Source of the DNA: Octopus vulgaris
Lineage: Eukaryota
Direction: 5' to 3'
Assembly (NCBI GenBank): GCA_951406725.2
Contig: OX597818.1
Location: forward strand, 81,530,001-81,594,000
Length of the DNA stretch: 64,000 nucleotides
In this document: one piece after another, positions 40,539 to 55,544 of the stretch
Layout of the letters: every line of letters starts with the position of its first letter
How positions within the stretch are numbered: the stretch's first letter is position 1
The notes under the pieces: model-generated
Databases searched by the model: none
What the model was told of the DNA's origin: nothing
What the model saw: the letters and a program-made list of their open reading frames with translations, nothing else
Position numbers and translations under genes: made by a program

Positions 40539-40572
<34 letters not shown>

Positions 40573-40707
40573 TAATAATGATAATAATGATATGAATACT
40601 AATAATGATAATAACAATAATAATAATATTAATAATAATAATGATATCAACAACAACAACAACAACAAAAACAACAACAACAACAATAATAATAATAATA
40701 ATAATAA

Positions 40708-41005
40708 TTGGTATAAGAGATGGGCTACAGCAAATATTCAGCTCAATGCCACAGATTTGCTTGTCATTTGTTTGACATTAACCAGTTGAGCATGTCCCTT
40801 GGTGGTTGACGATATGTGCATCTCTGATCATGAGCAGAAGTAGTTGGGGGCATCATAGCCTTGTGTTGAGAGGAATTCTTTGGGGTTTGAATAATTCACC
40901 TTTAGAAACATGGGTATTTCGTTCAACATCCTTAAACAAACATTATTCAGGGACCTTTTGAGCGGGATGGGCTACTCGATTCGAGGACAATTCTACCTGA
41001 GCCCC
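40708..41005 (+). mobile_element. family D internal fragment
   Basis: Follows (AAT)n; aligns to D. Confidence 0.8.
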
Positions 41006-41403
41006 AAAATGCATTGTCTTTTAACATAAAGCTATTAATATGATTGCATATTTCCCTCAAAATTTGAAATTTCATAACCTGAACTAGATGTTATAATTAC
41101 GCGTGTATATGTATCTATTACGTATGTACACACACGTATGTGTATTTATACATAATTTTATTTCTTTTCCGCTATACTCTAATAAATCATATTGTTTCCA
41201 CACTTGTTTATGTTATAAATATATATACATAGATAGATAGATAAGGATTGTTATATATATATATATAACAATCCTTATCTATCATAAGAGTTACGCGAAA
41301 TACTTGGTAGCTACGGAAAATGGTTTAAGCAGTACTTTAAATATCTATGTACTGCATTTATTTTGAGTACTTCTTTTTATTTTTCTAAACACAAATTCAC
41401 GAC

Positions 41404-41502
<99 letters not shown>

Positions 41503-42584
41503 GCCTGCCTGCCTGCCTGTCTGCCTGTCTGTCTGTCTGTCTGTCTCCTTGCTTGCCTACCTAGCTGACTCTCTCTCTCTCTCTCTATCTATCTATCTAT
41601 GTCGTTCTGTCTCGTTATTCTTAGGTAAATATTTCCTGGCAATCCCAGTATGAGGAATACATTAGACATATACCTCTGTTCACTTTCCTATATGCACATT
41701 TCAGCGTATACTTTCACTATTACTGACATTTCATTTTGAAAGTCTCGTACAATTTGCTGATAATTTTTCTTTCTATGTTTTTCTTGTTTATTTACCTTCA
41801 AAATATCCTCAACAGATTTCGTCTCATCGTTTTTTCGAAATATTCTTTAAATATATACGACTTCCAGAATATCGTTTTAGATATTTGGTCGCAGACTTCT
41901 TTCAAAAATATCCTTTGAATCTTTCGTTTCAGCATTCTTTCAAGTAAATATCCCTTAAACGTATATCTATTCCGATGTATATCGTTTGAAACATTCTGCC
42001 TGGGCATTTTATCAAAATACCATTTCAATATATCGTCTCGGTGTTCTTTCAAAAATATGATATATAACATCAAAACCATCGTTTTCAATACACAGAACCA
42101 ACAATCAGTAATGTATCCAAACATGAAGTATAACCAAAAATAGAGAACCACAAATATATTTGTGGTTCTTTATTATTAGTTATAACCAATAATTCCGAAC
42201 AGTGTATATAACAAAAGATGAACACTTTCCTTATATCTTGGTCTGATCTCACAACCTTTTTTCCTATCGCTCACCAACACTTTTTTTTTATTGATGTTTC
42301 TATACTCTTAAATATCTGTTTACTGCTATAAGATTCGCATTTTGCCACACTACCTTTATGCCTTCTGAAGAGAAAATCCGGTGCTTCACTGCTTCCTGTT
42401 TGAACATATTAATGTTTCCTGTTTACGTGTTGATAATAATTTCTGCTTCTTTGTTGTGTAATTACTGCAGCTCTATGCACACCCATCTGAGTAATTCTCA
42501 TTATTATACCAGCCATCGCTGAACTTTTGAAACAGATGTAAAGATCTATCTAGAAATACATTTTTATTCAACAAATGCACTTAC

Positions 42585-42665
42585 GTTTACATTTGTTAAA
42601 CAACTTATATAAATCATATACATGATATAATGCCATATATAAAGGCTTGTCTGGATTTTCTCTCT
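42585..42665 (-). CDS. candidate 81-nt internal exon of an unknown host gene
   Basis: Acceptor TTTCTATTTGTTTTGTTCGTTTACAG, donor AAC|GTAAGTG; open in phase 1 (RENPDKPLYMALYHVYDLYKLFNKCK) and in phase 0; lies in non-repetitive DNA. Confidence 0.35.
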
Positions 42666-42927
42666 CTGTAAACGAACAAAACAAATAGAAACCAATACTC
42701 TAAACCAAAACTTAATTTCTAACCACAATTTCAATACAAATAGCCCGAGAAAGGAACAAAAGCAAAGTAAAAAAAAAATGATGAGGTGACAAGAGAGACA
42801 GACAACAAGAGGAGATAACTCAAGAATAATACAACTATGAACTAAATAAGTATTCGAAAACAAACAATGACCACAGTAAATATAGAACACTTCAATTCGA
42901 AAACCGATTGGCATAGGTTTTATAAAG

Positions 42928-43345
42928 TCGCAGGTATGGCTGTATGGTTAACAAGCTCGCTTTGCAACTATTTAATTTCGAGTTGCAATTTCAATGCGCG
43001 CCACCTTGCGCAGATGGCTTCTACTGTAGTCTCGGGCCAACCGACGCCTTGTGAGTTCACATGGTCGATGGAGTCTGTGAGGAATCCCGTTATATATATA
43101 TATATGTTTGTGTGTATGTGTGTGTAGCTCCGTCTGTAACTCTGTGCTTGTGTTTGCATCCTACAATCGCGTGATGACCAGTACTGGTTTCTTTATGTCC
43201 ATGTAACTTAACAGATCAACGAAAGATACTGATAGAATTAGTACTAGACTTGAAAAGTAATTACAAAGGTCAACTTTTTCGACAAAATACCCCAATGTGG
43301 TGCTCCAGTGTAGCTCTAGTATAAAAAAATGACACGAGTGAAGAT
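42928..43345 (+). mobile_element. old SINE A
   Basis: Diverged but collinear with the A consensus. Confidence 0.7.
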
Positions 43346-44048
43346 AAAATATAACACAAAAAACTGTCTTTCAAACTGAATATTTCAATTATTATTTCCT
43401 TTATGTGTATTTTTGTACTTGGTTCATCAGTGTATGTAAATGATGTTGTATTGTGAGCAATTGCATCCTCTAACCTTTGTTGCTTAACTATTGTTCACCA
43501 TACATGTATTCCTTTAACAATACTTATTGTTCATTTCTAAACCACTTCTCAATGTTTTCTATAATATGGCAGTGGATCTATTGTGTTTGTCGTGTACTAC
43601 TTCCTGTCAGGCTGTCTCTATTCTATCTCCCTATCACTCCTTTATGCAGCTCTCTGGCACAAGAGGAAGACTTGTTTCGGTGGACTCCGCCGAAGAAGGC
43701 CTCATTGTTCGACGAATGAGGAAAAAGACGGATGCAGCAACGTATTGGGGTGTGTAGAGAGCAAAATGTGTCAAGTAATACGTGTTGATCATCTACAGAA
43801 TCTGTTTCTGTCCCCAATCGTCGTCAGCTGATCTTACCATTGGATTAAAGATGGTCTCGGATGAGAGAGCGGTATTGACGATGTTCAACTCTTCCTCACT
43901 GCTCAAGTCATCAGTCACCCTCAAGATGGTCCTCATCGTTCAGACGGACAATCATGGAGCAAGAACCATCAATATTCTATTCGTTATATCACCACACTCA
44001 ACACACGATACTTCTGGTCAATCTCATTATTATTGTACAGGTGGCTTT

Positions 44049-44260
44049 AAGGCGGCGAGCTCGCAGAATGGCTAGCACGTCGAGCGAAATGCTTAGCGGC
44101 ATTTTGTGTCTAATCGTCCTGACTTCAAATTCTTCCCATTTTGCCTTTCATCCTTTCGGGGTTGATAAATTAAGTACCAGCTGAGTAGTGGGTCGATATA
44201 ATCGACTAGTCCCCTCGCCCAAAATTTCAACCCTTGTGCCTATAGTAGAAATGATTATTT
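44049..44260 (+). mobile_element. SINE B2
   Basis: B head and core, tail CCTATAGTAGAAATGATTATT; similar copies at 47563-47780 and 51230-51372. Confidence 0.8.
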
Positions 44261-45325
44261 AGTTGGCTACATTGGACCACATTGGACCTACTCTCTACCC
44301 TCACTTCTTGTACTGTCCGTCAGCATTCTGTATCAATTCCAGTATACTCCTTTCGTTTTCTTCTACAGGTCTCTCATCCACTTGTCATCTCTCTAACTCT
44401 TGGGTCACATTGATAATCACTACTATCACTTCTCTTCACCAGCATTCTTTAACTGTTATGGCCATTCTGGAAAAAGCAAACAGCAGAAGTATAGACTGAA
44501 GCATGATGAAACACCGGCTACGAGGGCTAGAACATCTCGACAGAATGAAAGATTAGAGATTTCATTGTTAAATCTTCTTACGTGAACTAACAACCGGAAA
44601 ATCACCACATGTATGTACTTTCCGACGTTACAAAGACGAGCTCAAACAGACATAGGAAACCTTTTTCAAGAAGCTGTCTGCATGAGTCATGAATTATATC
44701 AGAAAAGGTGGCAGCGCACTACTAAAAAATAAAATTAAAAAGAACAAGTATTCAAGGAAATTTTTTATTAGGCATGTCATTTACAAAGTCCTGCAGGCCA
44801 CAGTTTGCGCAAGACTGAGTTAAAAGCCAACTTTTACAATGGTTGAATATGAGATAACCATGGGAAAAATTTGAGCGGAGAACTGCTGCAATAGGGGTCC
44901 GGTAACACCATGGGAACTGAGAGTTTTGAAGTCGGAATGTTAAGAAAAGTTGATGAAAGATGTAGGAAATGCATGATACCACAACAAAAGTAACATAGAT
45001 TAGAATAGCAGCAACAACGAATAGACCTGCAACTTCAACAAGAACAACAGCAACACCCTCCACCATCTATTAACCGCTATCTTTGTTTACTGACTGCTTT
45101 ACACTAGATTGGTTTTCTCACTCATCAATACAATAAACATGGATGAGGAAACGGCCAATCACCAGAAACTTCTCGAACACGATGTATATACAAACATACA
45201 TATATACACACACATACACCCCCCCACACACACACATGTACCACAAATGCACTTCTGCACATGCACATGTATACAAACGAATATATATATATATATTTAC
45301 ACACACATTTATGTATGTGTATGTA

Positions 45326-45385
<60 letters not shown>

Positions 45386-46205
45386 CCTATATATATATAT
45401 TCATATATATATATGAACATATGTATATATATATATATATACATATATAATGTTTTTTTGTATAGATATGCATATAAATATGCCTCAATATATATATATA
45501 TATATACATATATATGTGTGTGTGTGTGTATGTATATAGAGATACACACATATATATATACGGGTGTCTCTAGGAATGTACGTCTTTGTTATCAGTATTT
45601 ATATGTCTATATAAATATGCATATAAAATCTCTCATATGCATTTGTATTATCTCAAACTAGTATACATATGTATATCATGTATATTTGAATGTGTACAAA
45701 CACCACATCTATATATGCGTATGAAATGAATGTGTATGAAGGTATGTACGAAGTTATTTGTCGTTCGTATAGTGTATGCATTAGGGTGTATTCAAGTCAT
45801 TTCTTCAAATTTGGCCAGTGGCTGGATGTTAACATCATTCTGACACTGCATAAATGTGGTTACGTAATCTCCAACAGGCTCAGGTGGCGGAAAAGATCAA
45901 AGGAGACACTTCAGCATGTTCTCACCATTTGTATTCCCTTATTCTCCATAAGAAATATACTTTAATATACACAAACGTACATGTGCAAAACAACCGTTCA
46001 TTCACACATTATGATACTAATATACATAGGATTAATTACATATATGTATGTCTATATACATGTATGTATGTATATAAATGTATGTATGTATATATATATA
46101 TATATTTATATACGTGCTTGTGTGTGTATGGGTATCGACTCACATATATAAATAAATGTTTGCATACATATATATTATACATAAGCCAACAGTGATATAC
46201 ATTGA

Positions 46206-46249
<44 letters not shown>

Positions 46250-46323
46250 TATAGGGCGAGAGAGAGGGACAGAGGGATAAAGTATATGTTAATATATATA
46301 CATATACTTACATATATATACAT

Positions 46324-46384
<61 letters not shown>

Positions 46385-47286
46385 CATATGTTGGTGTATA
46401 TATCAATATTTATGTGGGGCACATATACGTTGTATTGTGCAGAGTGGGTTATATGCAAAACACGAAATGACAGCTTGAAGCCAGAAGCCATAAGACGGCA
46501 GCAATACCTAAACTTCAATAACGAACGAATACTCGGTATTTCGGTATTATTACATAAGCACATTGAACTAAAATATTCCGAAGAAGAACTGAATATTGAC
46601 TGAATCCTCGTTGATATGTTAATACCATATTATGTTTCATAAATATTTTGTGATAGCATTACATCATATTCATATCAGGTGCGCATATGTACATACAACT
46701 ATATTTCTCTCCCCTCTCTCTGTCTGTCTACATGTGTACATATATCGCGTGTGTGTGTGTGTGTGTTTGTGTGTGTGTTTGTGTGTGTATGTCTGTGTAA
46801 TCTTGTATGTGTATGTAAAAGTATAGCCACATGCCACATACATGTATGTGCACTCATTCGCCCACAGAATCAGAAACACATGTACATACGTATTTGTCTC
46901 TCGCCCTCTCTCTTTGTCTTTGTGTGTGTGTATGTATATATATATACATATACATATATACATATATATGTATACATGCATACACACACGCACACACACA
47001 CATATATATATGTATGTATGTATGTATGTATGCGTATGTATATACATGTACATATATATATATATATACATACATATATACATATATATACATACATATA
47101 CATGTAGACGTATTTGAATACAAAACGTTATAACTAGCAGTGGTGAGTCTGGATTCTATGGAAATTTTTTAGAGATATGTATATATGTACGTATGTACGC
47201 ATATATCTACATATATGTATATATAAAGGTGTGTGTTTTTACCATATGTATTTATATGCATACTCACATACATACATTTCTCTCTT

Positions 47287-47325
<39 letters not shown>

Positions 47326-49703
47326 CGTTAAATAGAGATATAGTTAGTCAGATAGTTGGATAGATAGATACATAGATAGACAGAGAGAGAGAGAGAGGGA
47401 GAGAGAGAGAGGAGGGAGAGAGAGAGGGGAGAGAGAGAAAGAGAAAGAGGAAGAAAGACAGTCGGACAGAGCGACTGACAGACAGTGGAAGAGAGAATTG
47501 TAAAGTTGGATATATCCAACTGATAGGAGCCTATATTTATTTTTTTCATTATTTAATCTCTAAAGGTTAGGGAGTTGGCCAAAACGTTAGCACGCCGGGA
47601 AAAATGCTTAGCGGCATTTCGCCAGTCTTCTCGTTGTGCTTAAATTACGCCGGGTCGATTTTGCTTTTCATCTTTCGAATGTCGATAAAAGAATTATCAG
47701 TTTAGCACTGGGGTCGATGTGATCACCTTACACACTCTTCCGAAATTACTGGCCTTGTGCCAAAATTTGAAATCATTATTTAACTCCTGGTGTTTTTTTT
47801 TCTGTCTTATTAACCTTTGGCGATATATATATATATATATATATCTATATATATATATCTGCGAAGAATAAAGTACATAGTGGTTACAACTGAGCACAGG
47901 ATGTGTTAAGTTGACGGCTGTTTTCTCGAGTCTTCTTCTCGATGTCCAATAATCTGTACAACCAGTATATCAGAAAACATTGACAGTAATACACTTCAGA
48001 AACGTTGGCCAGTTGAGGTGCCATGGGGCTTCAGCATGTGACTGTTAAGTGTCAGTGGATGACACTTTCGGTGTTTCTCATAGCTTCACATGTAACCTTA
48101 GGTTTCGGTGGATATGGTTTCGTTTATCAAAAATCATACATGTACTTCGACAAATTAACTGCCAGGATTACTGCTTGTCGAGGGATTTCGATGTTTGGTT
48201 TGTTCCAGACGGGAACAATAATAGCAAACTCCGTCTGATAAAGGTCTTCAACGAAAAAACAAGTGTTTAGGTATGTTGGTTGTAATGCAGTGTTATGTAT
48301 ATCTATAATCAGTGAAAATATCGAGAAAATGTAAGGAAGGAAGAGAACTTACAATGTTTTCTGAATTAAGCTTCAGAATCTGGTCGAGGAGAGATAAGCG
48401 TTTGTGATGAGAGATATATAATGCCTTTTTTATTAGCAGAGTTGAAATGACGTATGTATGTATATATATATATATATACATACAGGAAGTGAGCAAGGAA
48501 CGAGACAGCTAATCACCTTTATTTCCTGTTAACGAACGAGACGGGTAATCTCGTTGACTTCCTGTTAAAAAGAGAAAAAGGAAAATCGAACGGGGAAGAG
48601 TTCAGAATATAGCAACGGCATTGCGTGGATAGTACAAAAGACGAGAAAGAGCTGCTTACGGATCGGACCGCTAACAGCATAACTTTGAACAATCGAAGAC
48701 TGGACATGAAATTCTTTGGATATTAACTTATTTGCAAATGGATCGCTAAAATATCAAATATATCCTTTAATTGACTTATATAAAATACATTTTTGTTACA
48801 TAATTTCATATTTGAATGTTAATTCACTGATTTTAAAATTCTGTTGTTGCGTTCAGTAGTTCATCCCTTTTATATCTAAGAATTTGCGTGATCGTAACGG
48901 TAGTAATCATTGGATGAAAATTGTTGATTTTGTAATGATAGGGGTATGAGAATGACTGTACAAGAAAGTTCGGATTTGGTGACCCTCATATAAAGATGTG
49001 AGAGGGCTACACATTAAAGTTTTGACGATTATTAGGTTTAGATCAGAACAAATAAATACGAATATAGACATATAATACTAATAAAACGCACAAAATATAT
49101 TTGGTGTTTTATACTTTAAAAATCACACGCATTTTAGCAAATTAACTGTCAGCGGTACATAAGTGCTTGTTGAAAAAAATATATAATCATATCAACATGC
49201 CTTGTTAGTGTTTAGCAAAATGAAAAAAAAAAGAAATACATGGGTTGGCTTTGGATATTCAGCTGCATCAGTGGCGTGGCGGAACCTAGGGAGTCAGGCA
49301 GTTGAAGGAAAAAACAGAGGACAAAAAAATGGAGATATATGTGTAGATGAAAATGCACACTCGTTCTTACTCAAAATCATCCTAATACGAATAAACCAAA
49401 GTGGAAGGAAGTGGGGAAGATAAGAATCAATAATAGAGTTGTATAATAATTAAAATAGCTTCAGCGTTGACAATCTCAATAGCAACATCTCCCAAAATGC
49501 CAACCATAGCGACGACAATAATGGCGGTAACAACAGCAACAATAACAATAATAAAACTTTCTATTATATTTATGGGGAGTGGCTAATAGATTATATCAAC
49601 TCTAATACTCAAATGGTACTTATTCAATCAGACTCAAAATGTTAAAGGGCAAAATTGACCTCGGCAGAACTTGAACTCAGTGTGTGCAAACGGACGAAAT
49701 GCA

Positions 49704-50740
49704 GTTTATTTCATTAGCCACTGGGGCATAGATGAGCCTGGCATCACAAGGGCAGTAAAAAATTTGTGTGTGTATTTATATAAAAGATGGGGAGAAGGAA
49801 ATGGTAAAGGCAGTGAAATGCAATAAGTGTATATAGTGGTATAAAGTATGTGATAACATGAAAGATGCAGTCCTCCTGATGCAGGAAACCCCACAGATCG
49901 AGGATTACCCTGACCACCAAAGGTACAAGCCCTCCCACCTGATCTGCAATCTATAGGCGCATATTTAGAGTAGAGCCATTCCCTCTAATGACTTTTATCA
50001 CAGTCAACCATCATTTCACAAATTCACTGGGAAGTAGCACTTCCTTCACCATCCTTAATATGTTTTTCATGTGTAACTTAGAAGAGTCGATAAGAGCTTG
50101 ACTGAAGAGTAAGGTATCTCTCCTCACTCTTTTCAGCTTCGTGCACCACACAATTTATTTCGCCACAGCCACTAAATGGAGGAACACCGCTTGTCCACTC
50201 TTGTTGAAGGTGGGTGGTGAAGCGATGTTCACGATAGATCCAGCCGTTAGCCAGATTCCTCCCACACGTAATAACAGCTGTTCAGCACAACTCCACAAGT
50301 CGGTTATACTCGGACTCTGCACGAGTGCATGCAGAACGGTTTCGCTGCTCCGCCTACATCTTGGTAGTCCTATCTGACAGCGATTCCCTGCCTGTAGATT
50401 TTATCTCAAGCTGGCATTGTTCCTCAGTAACTCTGGCAAGGTTTCTGGAATTTACCCATAGTAGTAACGGGCTCGAATGTCCTCCGAAATAGACTAGCTA
50501 GTTCATCCTTGTCGATACTTAGAGTTGCAGTGAGAATATTATCGCTCGAACCTACCATTAGATTTCTATATATTGCAACTGTTAAACTTGCACCAACCGT
50601 ATTACCCGACTGATAGAGAGCAATGAGCGCCAGGCGACATTCTTGATGCCTGGAGCCTAATCTTGATCTTTTCTTGACTCGGTATTTCAGCACCACCAAA
50701 GAGATGAGCTATGGAAGAGCGCGCATTAAGAACGGAGATC
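49704..50740 (-). mobile_element. Tx1/L1-type LINE 3' fragment (ORF2 Zn-binding C-terminus plus 3' UTR)
   Basis: Minus-strand translation PRCRRSSETVLHALVQSP...DLWSCAEQLL.RVG...AVFLHLVAVAK*IVWCTKLK...FVK*W; UTR ends GCCCCAGTGGCTAATGAAATAAAC and abuts a SINE B (49555-49702). Confidence 0.8.
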
Positions 50741-51103
50741 ACACTGTAAGTGGTTAAATAATAAAAATAAAAGGAAAACTAGCTACAACTATTATTTCTG
50801 TCATAGATCAAGGTCAGGGAAGTTAGTGGTCAGCTAATTGTCAAGTTTATGGTATCAGCCCCACAGAATTGTCTCTTTAGTGAATAAACAAAGGGTGTAT
50901 TTATGAGAATTTCCATGAAATAAGTCAACTCCAGTACACGCTTTTGAAGATTGGTGCTTATCTTATCGGACTTTGTGTTCGAAGCGATAAAGAGAGCAAA
51001 CACAGGCGCACATAAACACACACACACGCGTACACACATATGTATATAAGTATATAGATACATATTATATCTATCTATCTATATGTCTATCTATATATAT
51101 ATA

Positions 51104-51134
<31 letters not shown>

Positions 51135-51141
51135 ATCTATA

Positions 51142-51233
<92 letters not shown>

Positions 51234-51380
51234 CTGAGCTCAAATTCCGTCGAAGTCGATTTTGGCTTTCATCTTTCGGGGTCGATAAATTAAACACCAG
51301 TTGCGTACTCAGGTCAATTTAATCAACTGGCCTTGTCCCCTCAAAATTTAGACCTTGTGCCTAGAGTACAATGAATATAT

Positions 51381-51414
<34 letters not shown>

Positions 51415-51912
51415 TCTTTTGTACTCTAGGCACAAGGTCTAAATTTTGAGGGGACAAGGCCAGTTGATTAAATTGACCTGAGTACGCATATATATATATA
51501 TGGGTGTGAATATGTGTATCTATGACTGGCTTCCACATAGTCTTCGTCTAGCAAATTCACTAGCATGGCATTAGTCGAAACGGTGCTATAGCACACGTTT
51601 GTTGCTGAAGGTGCTGAGAGGGTGCAAAGTGATCTTCTGGACGACGCAGCTACCGAAAACGTAGGCCAGGCTTGAAAGTAAAAACGAGATCTCTTAACCA
51701 GACTATTACCATTTCCATTATAAATTTTCTACTTTTTGTTTGTCTCGTAACTTAATAAATATTAAAACTAAATATCAAAATCACAGTGAAGTGTCTATAC
51801 CGTCAGTTATAAATCAAGATAATAATGTCAAAATGGATGAAAAGAAAAGGAAAATGAGAAAAGCAAAAGGTGTAGAGAAGACCAATTGTCTCTTCTTTAG
51901 TTATATTTTTTT

Positions 51913-51956
<44 letters not shown>

Positions 51957-52227
51957 GGACACACATATACACACGCACGCACACTATTTCCTTCCTTGCC
52001 GCTCTCTGTCTCACTCACGCACAGACATACACGCACACATACTAATATACTTATATATATATAAAAATATATATACACATATTAATATACTTTTATGTAG
52101 ATGTATGAGTGTGTATATGTATGGAAGTATGTATGTGTGCACATACAGGCATACCCATATATATATATTGATATTTGTTAGAGTAAACTTACTAGTGTGT
52201 AAACTTACCAATGTGTTTGTATGTGCA

Positions 52228-52259
<32 letters not shown>

Positions 52260-52335
52260 CACACATTCTTATATACACATACATGTACATACATACATAC
52301 ATACATATATATATATGTGTGTATATAATATATAT

Positions 52336-52371
<36 letters not shown>

Positions 52372-52554
52372 TATATACACACGCGCACATACTTACATAA
52401 GTATAATATGCATCCATACATGCAGATACATATAGATATATATGTAAGCGTGTGTGTGTTTGTGTTTAATATACAAAATACATAAAGCTTTCTCTGATGT
52501 ACTCCATAGCGAGCGCACGACATATAAACGCACGCGCGCACACCTACACCCACC

Positions 52555-52725
52555 CACACACATCTACTTACATGACTGGGCCTTCGTTGCCAGATGTCGC
52601 CATAGTTATCGTACGCGCACCTGCCCAGCGTCCGAAAATCAATTTTTTTCATGTATCTATTTTATTCATTTATTTATTCATTCTGGTCGTAAGTCGCATA
52701 TGTCGTAAGTCGAGCAGAAGGTGTA
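52555..52725. mobile_element. pogo/Tigger-like MITE remnant
   Basis: End GTCGTAAGTCG..GTCGTAAGTCGAGCAGAAGGTG-TA resembles CTCGACTTACGAC-type termini. Confidence 0.4.
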
Positions 52726-53106
52726 TATAATAAACAAACTTTGGAAGCGACGAAGGACAGTGATATGTTAGATATAACAATGTAAATTCCAAACGCAGTA
52801 AAACCGTAAGAATAGAGAAAGAATATTTTATCCTTGAGACAGAAAAAGTTGCCAACAGGCGGCTATAGGTGTCAAAACTCTACCTGTCTGACACGAGCTG
52901 AGTGCTCTATCATTAGAAAACAAATTACCATCAATTTTAATGTATCTAGTGCAGCCAAATATTAACAAATTTGTTATACATGAACTAATGTACGGTACCT
53001 GAATCTATTTAATCATTTAAGTAAATTTAATAGTTGTTCAATTTTAGAGATGATCACTTCTGGTTTGGGATCATCCGGAAAGCATTAGAGCTAGCAGCTA
53101 CGGAAA

Positions 53107-53412
<306 letters not shown>

Positions 53413-53709
53413 CTTCAGGTTCTTTCATTTCCCAGTTCAAATGTCCTCAGGTCGAATTTTCCTTTCATCTTTTTAGCGGTCGATAAAATGAGTAACAGTT
53501 GTGGATTGTAATCGGTGGAGTCGACTGATTTCCTCCTTGGTCATATGGTACAAAGAAAAAGAATAAAATATGAGTCATATCAGGTAAAATAGTTATAGTA
53601 CACACAATATAGTTCCGTATATATTTAGAATTCAGAAATATATATAGTAGATTATACCACGTATATAAGCACAAAGTCATATTCATACCTAATATATATA
53701 TATATCGGC

Positions 53710-54100
53710 GCAACCACATGGTTCCGGGTTCAGTCCCACTGCGTGGCACCTTGAGCAAGTGTCTTCTACTATAGCCTCGGGCCGACCAAAGCCTTGTGAG
53801 TGGATTTGGTAGACGGAAACTGAAAGAATCCCGTCGTATATATGTATATATATATATATTTATATATATATATATGCATGTGTGTACTTGTGTGTCTGTG
53901 TTTGTCCCCCTAGCATTGCTTGACAACCGATGCTGGCGCGTTTATGTCTCCGTTACTTAGCGGTTCGGCAAAAGAGACCGATAGAATAAGTACTGGCCTT
54001 ATAAAAGAATAAGTCCCGGGGTCGAGTTACTCAATTAAAGGCGGTGCTCCAGCATGGCCGCAAACAAATGACTGAAACAAGTAAAAGAGTAAAAGAGAGT
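53710..54100 (+). mobile_element. young SINE A, 5' end clipped
   Basis: Near-identical to 2182-2581; tail AAGTAAAAGAGTAAAAGAG. Confidence 0.9.
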
Positions 54101-54101
54101 A

Positions 54102-54165
<64 letters not shown>

Positions 54166-54492
54166 ACATACCTATATATATGTATATATTTATGTATGTA
54201 TATAGCTTGAAGGAAAATGCATATAAAAACAATCATATATAATGGATTTCAACTGACATTCTCCCATAAGTCAACAAATTAACGAACACAGAAGGCGCTT
54301 TCCTTGGTTCATGCTCAAGCCTGTAATTATGTTTTAACCGGTATGATATATGTACCAGCGTCTTATAGATCGATGTGTATTGCTTAAGAGAAGAAGCCAT
54401 ATTGAAATATGGGAACCACAGAAAAGATATACGGCGTAAATGTTGTTTATTGTTACATTATCTAAGATAGTGAATGGCAAGTGTATTTGGTG

Positions 54493-54534
<42 letters not shown>

Positions 54535-54538
54535 ACAT

Positions 54539-54593
<55 letters not shown>

Positions 54594-54609
54594 TAGATAT
54601 GTATATATA

Positions 54610-54644
<35 letters not shown>

Positions 54645-54973
54645 ATCTATAGATAGATATATATATAAACATAAGTACATATATTTCTAAATGCACTGGG
54701 ATATATATATATATCTATATATATATATATATATATATACGTATGTACGTATGTATGTATGAATTGTACTACATATACGTACTGAAATTAACATACCGAG
54801 ATATATATATATATATATAGTATATAATATATATTCACACACACACACATATATATATATATGTGTACATATGCAAATGATTATGTATACAAGCATATCT
54901 ACACGCAAACACGCACGCAAACACACTTACATACACATATACATTTATATGTGTATGGACATATGTAAACGAT

Positions 54974-55011
<38 letters not shown>

Positions 55012-55544
55012 TGCATGTATGTAAATGACTATGTATACATGCATACACATACACACACACACATACACACATGTATAAACACAGTAAGACAACTTTCTTC
55101 TAATTTTTTCTTTTCAATGTGTTTTTAATATATATTTAATACTTTTTAATTAAAATAAATATTACTGTAAATATTGGAACTGTACCAAGAATTCTTTGCA
55201 AAAGTGTTTTTTTTAATAAATAAACACACGCACTCTCTCTCTCTCACACAAGCACACACACACAGAGCTGCACACGCACGCACATATACATAGATGCATA
55301 CATGTGTGCGTGAGTGTGAATGTGCTTGAATGTGTGAGTGTGTGTCTGTGTGCGTGTGTATTTTGGAAACGCATAGTTTGAATGTGTGCCTAACTTGACA
55401 TGTGTTGGATTAACATTATTTATTTGTGTATTGATAATATTACTAATAGTTTTACGCGGAAAAGATTACCCAGACACCTTCAAGTAGTCCTCTTAAGATT
55501 GGAATGGTAATCATTCTCATTTTGCAGACGATTATCAGTATTTA

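Noticed and set aside
41770-42060. 117-aa minus-strand ORF over quasi-periodic TTCAAAAATATC motifs
   Set aside because: Looks like an old degenerate minisatellite with no domain signal.
47890-48270. Possible Penelope GIY-YIG remnant (TFGVSHSFTC)
   Set aside because: The GIY-YIG core is not visible; too degenerate to call.
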